A stretch of 64,000 nucleotides of DNA from the human T2T-CHM13v2.0 reference genome, Homo sapiens. Where the stretch lies: the NCBI RefSeq assembly GCF_009914755.1, contig NC_060927.1; one strand, given 5' to 3'. The notes under the pieces were generated by a model. That model saw only the letters and a program-made list of their open reading frames with translations, was not told where the DNA came from and made no database searches. A program made the position numbers and the translations under genes. Within the stretch, counting starts at the first letter, position 1. Each line of letters opens with the position of its first letter. Positions 56,761-64,000 of this stretch are shown piece by piece.

Positions 56761-59349
56761 TTGATGCTGCTGCTCTTCCACTATTGAAAGAGTGCTAGTT
56801 CCTTTCTCAACAGTCACATTATGGAGGAGATCACTTACGGCGATTCCTGTGGCCCTGCAGTAACTAAATTATTTGGAGTGGCTACCAAGGGGAGCACTGT
56901 CTCCCTATCTTGAGTTTCACTGGTATTGCACAGTGGCACCTATGAAGTTCCAGAGTAGCCCTTGCTCTGTATAGTCTTATTTCCAAGATGCCTACTTTTC
57001 TCTTGTTTTAGTATTTCTGAAATCAGAATGGATTATAACATTTAAGGGTACATTAAAAAAAAATTATTCCCCCAAAGCTATTCACACACACTCGATGGCA
57101 GCTTTGACATTAAGGAATGTGGTATTTCTGTGAATATCTGGGCTTTGCAACTGAATTGGAAGCTCCTTATGGGCAAAGGCTATAATACTGTGCCTTTTTT
57201 TCCCCAGTAGTGAGCTCAGTGACTGGAACATACTGCTTCAAACTTTTGAACAGTCTGCACTTTCCTGTGTTGTGTGATGATGCCCTTAAACTGCCTTTCG
57301 TATGGTTTTGGACCTTTATACAGCTCAGGACAACAAACAGTACAGTCTTTCACATGATGATATTAGTACCAACGTTTTTTTTTTCAATAGTCACTGTTTT
57401 GCCCTTTCAGCAATGAGTTTGAGTGGTTATTTGATCATTTTACTGCATTTTGCTCATTATAAAAGTGAGTATACAGCACAAACTAATGTCCAGATGCTGG
57501 GGATAAACAGATATGTCGAACCTTATGTAGCAGGGTTGCATCTTAAGTGTTGTTAGCTTAGGCAAATTGTACTATATGCTGTAAAGAAAGAAAAATAGTG
57601 TGGCTAATTTTACCAGTCATTCAATGCATATTGTTTTGAAATATGCTTGGAGTAGGAGGTATGAATCAACTAAGATGTTAAGATGTAAGTCCCATGAGGG
57701 CAAGGTTTTGCTCACTACCATATTTTCATGTAGAAAGTACCTTAAACATAGTAAACACACAAATAATTGTGGAACGTTAGTCGCTTTTCCCTTATTCAGT
57801 CTCAATTCCTGCAAGTCTCTCAAACTATAAGCATCACATTGTCCTGTGATTCCGGTATTTAATTATATGGATTTTTTTTTCATACAATAAGGCCTCTAAA
57901 TGCAAGCCAGCTATCTCACCTGGTTGAAACAGCCATCTGTGCTAACATCAGTGACACAGCTTACTGTGTAGGACTTAACTGGTTGGCCTCCATGTGGTGT
58001 CTGTGAAATTTTCAAGGATTATATTAGCTGACTTGAAAATAGCCAACTGAATGCTCCCTTAAAATGGAAACCTGCTATAAAATCAAGACGGAGGAAAATC
58101 ATTAGATATACAGTAAGTTATGACCTCAGTTATATGTTAGGTGGTCTTACGCTAGTCAAGAGACTGTCGTGTTTACCTTTGAAGTGCTGGAAATATATCC
58201 CTTCAGACTGAGTCCCAAAGGTGAGGTATAAGTAGAAATTTTGTGATTTGAGGTGGGGCATACAGGATCCCAATAACCTCCTGTTTGACTTTCTCACATA
58301 TGGTTTTGTGTAGGAAAGTAGGAGGAACTGCCTGTGATAGGTTCTAGGTAAATATTTGTTGATGGATTTAACCTCAGATTGTAACATAATGAAAGAGATA
58401 ATGATCTCTCCTTGAATACAGCTTGATTTTTCTTTATCCGTGATTCTACTCAGCCCATATTTTGTACCTTTGACTGGTTGGTCCGTTTTCTAGTCTGCCC
58501 CTTTCAGTCCCAGTGGAATATTCAAGCTTATAGTAAAGAATGAAAATATTATCATTTTCAAATGACCACAATCTAATTTGTAAGTGTTCTACAACTGAAA
58601 CTCATTTAAAGAAAGGCAACAAGCTCAATGATAAGAAGTCTAAAAAATAAGAGTGAAAATGTTCCTGCCTAGCCTAGTGTAATTATTTTTGCTGTTCAGT
58701 TGCATAGGCAGGCTGCCAGAAGATGGGGGTACGAATTAATTAACCAACTGTTTGCAGAGATATGGCCATGTAATTACTGATAAGCATGGACGTAAATAAG
58801 GCAGTGTGTCGACTGTTTTTCAGAAATGAGGGAAGACAGAAATATGTTAACAAAAATAAAATAGACCAAAGGCTTAGTAGGGGAAAAGAATAGTTTCTGT
58901 TGGTTTCCATTTATTAGCGCATAAAGTTCTTTTTTCTTCTTGTCTTTAAGTGCTGAATGTGGGGAGGAAATGTGGATTGTCACATTAGTTTTTTCAAAAA
59001 TACTTGAATGGTTTATGCCTCAAATGAACATATTTGGAACTCAACCCCTACTCAAATCATTTTCAATATAATTTTTTTGTACACCATAGTTTGGGGTAAT
59101 AGAGGTTTATTAGGCCAGTGGTGAATTTTAAGTAGTATTATGTGTAAAAGTAACTTACGTGAATAGTTTTACATACACAAGTGTCTTAAAGTAAACAGTA
59201 TTTGTAATGTAAGACGCTGGGTCACTTCTGTAAGAGCTGAATTTTTAAGTTACTTGTTTACTCTTCCCTAGAGATGAAACATAGTAGGACCCTTAGTAAA
59301 TATGTGTTGGAGGAAGGAATGAAGCTTTGTAACCAGTGACGTATCATTG

Positions 59350-59600
59350 CATGCTGGTTAGGGACTGGGATCAGGAGTCAACTAGTTTTAACCTTTAACA
59401 CTAGCCCCACCTCTTGTCAGCTGTGTGATCTTGGGCAAGTTACTTAATCTTGCGGTGCCTGCCTGTTTCCTCATTTGTAAACTGGGGTTAAGAATGGTAC
59501 CTATACTACAGGGTTGCAAGGATTACGTAACATAAAGCATGGAAAGTACTTAGCACACTGTTTGGCCCATTAAGTTCTCAATAAATGTTTGACATGGTAG
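59350..59600 (+). mobile_element. MIR
   Basis: agctgtgtgatcttgggcaagttacttaa...gtttcctcatttgtaaa. Confidence 0.85.
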
Positions 59601-61139
59601 CTGTTGTTAGGTTGTATTTTAAACATTTGCCTGACCTTTTACTTCAGAAGCACTCGAAACAAATCTGGGAAGAAATAGGTGTTTTAGGTTGAGACATCAA
59701 TCTGAATTGTAGCTGGTCAGGGTGTTAGCTGCCAACCACATTTGTTTGCATATGGTTGTGGTAAAGTGAGCTTTGAGTACCTTGTTCAGGTATGTTGACC
59801 AGGTTCCCCGGGAAGGACAAATAGTGAAACTGCAAAGTCTGAAGAAGTAAAACTGAGATAAGAGAATGCATGATACTTTCTTGTGGAAGTATTGCCATTA
59901 GGTCTTCTAGTTTTTGAAACAGAAATAAGCAGATGAACTAACGATCAAAACAAACTTGCATTTAAGTATTTCCCAGTGGTAATAAACTGCACCTAATCTG
60001 TTTAAACAGAAAAAGCCTTTGTAATATTAAGAAGGATTAGGAGTAGAAGTAATTAACCAGCAGTTAACACTCCCCTTTCCCCTCTTCAGTGTTGCCTTAC
60101 AAATCTCTCCCCTCCCCTTTCCAAACCAGAGAAAGCAGCTGTACACATGGGTTTTATGCATAAAGTGAGACCTAAGGAAAATGCATTCAAAGCTAAAAAG
60201 GTACAATGTTGAGAGAAGTTGGCATTAAAACCAAAAGAACAGTTCACACTTACAGGACCTGGTCTGACCAAGTGCTGTCAGCTGTGAGGCACCATGAGTA
60301 TTTATGGAATGAGTGGAAAAGTGAAGGAGTCTGATTGATTTGAATTGTTTTCACAAGCATCAATGAAAGCATTAAGTTGATGTGTATGAGTGCAACAGAA
60401 TCTTTTGGACACAGGAGATTTATCTTTATTTTTATTGTAACTTCTCTTTAAATAAAGCTACCTTTGGGGAAAACTTTAGTTCACTTCAGTGTAAGCAATT
60501 AGTAGTTTCAGATATTAATGCATGGTTCTCATCATTCTTGGAACCATATTTTAAATTCCTGGGTGACTTTGAATTATTGATACTTAGTATGTGTGCCTTG
60601 CCTTTTAAAATTTTTTTAATTTTTTTTTTTGCATATGGAAGAAATAAAGTTTTAGGACTTGATTTGTAAGACATTTGCCTGAAACTAGGGGAGAATCTTC
60701 AAGATGATGGCTTCTTTGGTATCTTGGCTGTCTCAGAGGCCCTTAGAACTTAGATGTCCCACATATATGGGCTTCATTCTCAGACCTGGCATTCTTCCAG
60801 GATTCTTTCTCAGAGACTGATACCTCTTATCCATCCATCCTGTTCTGTAAGATGGGAAGCATGGCATCCTTCTCTTCACCACCTTTGTATCCAGGCTATT
60901 ACAAAGTCATGTCAACAGTTCCTTCTAAATGTCTTGGAATCCTTTCTTTGTCATCTCACTGCCATCCCCATGTCTTTCACCCTGTACTGCTGCAGACAGC
61001 TCTTGATTGACCTCCTCACTTCCACTTTCAAACCAAGCACCTCCCTTCCCCATACTATAGTCGAAGCAATGTTGAACATAATAATAAACAAACTGATGAT
61101 ATTATCCTTCATTAAAATGCTTCTATTAAGCACTAACGA

Positions 61140-61900
61140 ATGTCAGAGTAAGGACCTCCAAAAATCTGCTCTGCCATAAAAGCAATAAAAGCACTGGCAA
61201 GAATTGTCAAAATCAACTTGTTTAGAATTGTGCAAATTAACCCCAAAGGCTTGCAAATTCAGATGAGCATATATTCAAGAAAAATGGCTGAATCTGTAAG
61301 TACAGAGAATTCTATAGTGTTTTAACTTGCCCTATTTCAACCTCTCCTCCCCAACTCCACAGTAACTTTGAAAACCAGCAGCTTCACAACTAGGGTAGCC
61401 GTGAAAGCCAGCAGTCTAGCAGCCACTGGAGGGGACAGAATGGGTTTGGAACTCCCCCAAAGCCTTATTTTCAGAGAATTGTCACTGATGTATCTGGTAG
61501 CTCCCTGAAAAGCCCCATTCTCAGGACTTGTCTTTATTTGGGCTAGCTCAGAGCTCATTCTGTGACCTATTCCTAGGGTGTTAAAAAAAAAAATCAGCAG
61601 TGATTCTTCAATGTCACAGTTGCTTGAGGTGGTAATGCCAACTGGGGCTAAGAAGAGGCTGACCAAAAAAGTAAATAGGAAACACTGGGGAATGAGATGT
61701 CAGTTGGGGGCTTCAAAGAGTTCCACCATACTCCTGGGAATCCAGAAAACCACATGGATGTGTAGAGTTGTGCGCATGCCCAGAAAGGACCTGAGAAGGC
61801 CCTAATCTCACCTCTTGCTAACCTGGAGGCTGTATACAAGCAGGAAGTGAAGGCTAAAGCAGAGTCATAAACTCCCTGCTGGAGCATTGAGGCCATGCCC
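61140..61900 (+). mobile_element. Old L1 (L1M4-type) 5' region
   Basis: attcaagaaaaatggctgaatct; ccagaaaggacctgagaaggcc; caagcaggaagtgaaggcta. Confidence 0.65.
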
Positions 61901-61902
61901 CA

Positions 61903-61903
<1 letters not shown>

Positions 61904-61937
<34 letters not shown>
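61904..61937. repeat. (CA)n microsatellite
   Basis: Direct. Confidence 0.95.
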
Positions 61938-61938
<1 letters not shown>

Positions 61939-62846
61939 CCCCTCAGCCAAGGCTGGGAGCCTTACGGCAGACATAAATGCTACATTAACCATTTAAAAAC
62001 GTAAAGACAGGTCAGTAGCCAATGCCATTTCATAATTAATTCTGTTCTAAGTTGAATGAGAGCCATGGAATTTACACAATATACCTGACAGATGTGGTGT
62101 TGCAATGAACAAAAGAAGGAATGGTATTCTTAACTGAGTCATGAGATTATAATCATAACCACAATAATAATAATAGTAACAAAATAAACACTGTTCTTTA
62201 TCGAGCCCTTATGTGTACACTCTGCTTACTGTGTTTAGACAGATATAGACCGCAACTTTTTACATGAATTATCTCATTCCGTCCAACAGTCCATTAAAGT
62301 TGATACTATCATTTTCAAATGTAGAAACTGTATGCCTAGATGTGCCTAGAGGTTAAGTACATTGCTGGAGATTACAAAACCAAGCTAAGTGGTAGACTCT
62401 TAGAGCCCGTATCCTACTCTAGACTACATGCTTGTCCAAATGGTAGGGATGCAGACAAGATTTATAAGGTTTTTGGTAGGCACTTCCAGATTTGGGACAC
62501 ATGGCATTGAAAGCTTGTTTTCTGACTTGAGAGGTCAGGATTTGCTGACAGTATTTTGAGGAGTAGCTTAAGGAACCCGTGAGACAAACCTGTCGTGTGT
62601 ACTGCCATGTTGGTCACTGTTGTAGCCCCACCTGCCATTCCTAACGCAGGTTCCTCAGGATTTTGATATTTGCCTACTCTATTCTATCCCCAGCATTTTA
62701 TCTCAATTTCAGTACAAGCAATGACAATGTAAACACTGTAACTCTTACCTGTTAGGGGTCACTATTGATAATATTGGCCATTTGTAATTAGTGAGTAATT
62801 AATATTAGGAATATTTTCATCTTTCTAGCTCCTTGGTCGTCTGGTG

Positions 62847-63195
62847 CAGGGGTCCCCAGTCTCTGGGCAGTGGACCAGCACCAGTCTGTCAGTGGCCTGT
62901 TAGCAGTCAGGCTATGGGGTGGGGGGTTTGGGAGAGAGAGAGGAATGAGCATTACCGCCTGAACTCTGCCTCTTGTCAGATCAGCGGTGGCATTAGATTC
63001 TCACAGCAGTGTGAACCCTATTGTGAACTGCACGTGCAAGGTATCTAGGTTGTGTGCTCCTAGAATCTAACTAATGTCTGATTATATGCGGTGGAACAGT
63101 TTCATCCTGAAACCATTCTCTCCTTGCCCCAGTCCCATGGAAAAATTGTCTTCCACGAAACTGTTCCCTGGTGCCAGAAAGGTTGGGGACTGCTG
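62847..63195. mobile_element. MER1B-type hAT-Charlie element
   Basis: TIRs caggggtcccc...ggttggggactgctg; homologous to 46919-47241. Confidence 0.88.
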
Positions 63196-63834
63196 CTGTG
63201 GTTTTTGTTGCTTGCTTTTTACTTGAAACATCTCACTTTATTTTCTTTAAATCTAGTATTTATTGACTGCTTTGGTTTACGCAGGGCCAGACCTCATACA
63301 TTTAGTAGCTTGCTGATTGGTCTCTCGTTGGTTCCATCATTTGACATCTTTTGGTCAAAGGGAAATCCAGTTATCTTTAATTATTGGAGTAGACAATATG
63401 AATCTGGGAGTTGTGCTTATGGAAGGTGGAAATAAAATTCTACCTTTTTCCTTTCCTACTTGAGACTAAAGCTCACTTAACAGCAATTTAAAACTTTAAA
63501 AATATCATTGATGCTACTTTTGATTACCGACTATTGAGAGTCACCTGTTGAAATAAATTTGGAACTGACTGTAGTAAAACCTGTTACGTGGAGACCAGCC
63601 TTCCTCTTCTCTCTGGTTTCTTAGAAATATATCCAACAATGGAGCCGAGAGTCCTAGCATCTCAGGAAACCTATGAGCAGCGGTGAGAGCAGACAGTACA
63701 GAGGTACCCGCAGGAGTCTGCTGGCAGATAGGAACAGCTTGATTGACTTTTCATGAAATGAGACAGAAGAGCAGGGATTTCCTGGGAGAGGTGGAGAGTA
63801 ATTCAAGAAGGGCACTGAGTAGTGGAGGAGCTCA

Positions 63835-64000
63835 TCTAATAAGATGGTAAAGAGCATGTACTTTGGAGTAGCCTACCTTCACATCCCAGCTCCTCTGCTT
63901 ACTGACTTTGTGACATAAGGCACACAGCCTCTCTGTGCTGCCTCACTTGCTTTCTATAAAGTAGGTTATTGACCCTGAGAAGTCAAATGAGTTAATACTT
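63835..64000 (+). mobile_element. MIR fragment
   Basis: ggtaaagagcatg.actttggagt...cccagctc..ctgcttact. Confidence 0.7.

Noticed and set aside
60754-61896. 141-aa and 109-aa ORFs near the window end
   Set aside because: Overlap degenerate L2/L1 sequence; no similarity to ataxin-7 or any protein I recognise

Overview
Human genomic DNA from the 5' part of ATXN7 (ataxin-7, the SCA7 gene, 3p14.1), transcribed on the + strand. I identified the gene by recognising the N-terminal protein MSERAADDVRGEPRRAAAAAGG...Q10...MATVGERRPLPSPEVMLGQSWNLWVEASKLPGKDG|TELDESFKEFGKNREVMGLCRE. The window holds a 99-nt non-coding exon (20016-20114), the 336-nt ATG/CAG-repeat exon (34206-34541) and a 69-nt coding exon (34775-34843). 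The last two lie in a CpG island, the region where an alternative promoter, CTCF sites and the antisense RNA SCAANT1 have been described. The rest is intron, dense in Alu, L1, L2, MIR, MaLR and hAT (MER) remnants, and nearly all other ORFs in the track are repeat-derived noise. No new system is demonstrated directly. The strongest hypothesis from the sequence is that exons 3+4 total 405 nt (135 codons), have no in-frame stop when back-spliced, and are bracketed by inverted Alus, so a circRNA would carry an endless polyQ ORF. Other leads: an AUG-initiated poly-Ser overlapping ORF, a strong-Kozak Met75 downstream of the polyQ, an in-frame uORF, candidate poison pseudoexons and several template-switch scars. 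Repeat subfamily calls and boundaries are by eye and approximate. Exon numbering follows my recollection of the canonical transcript.
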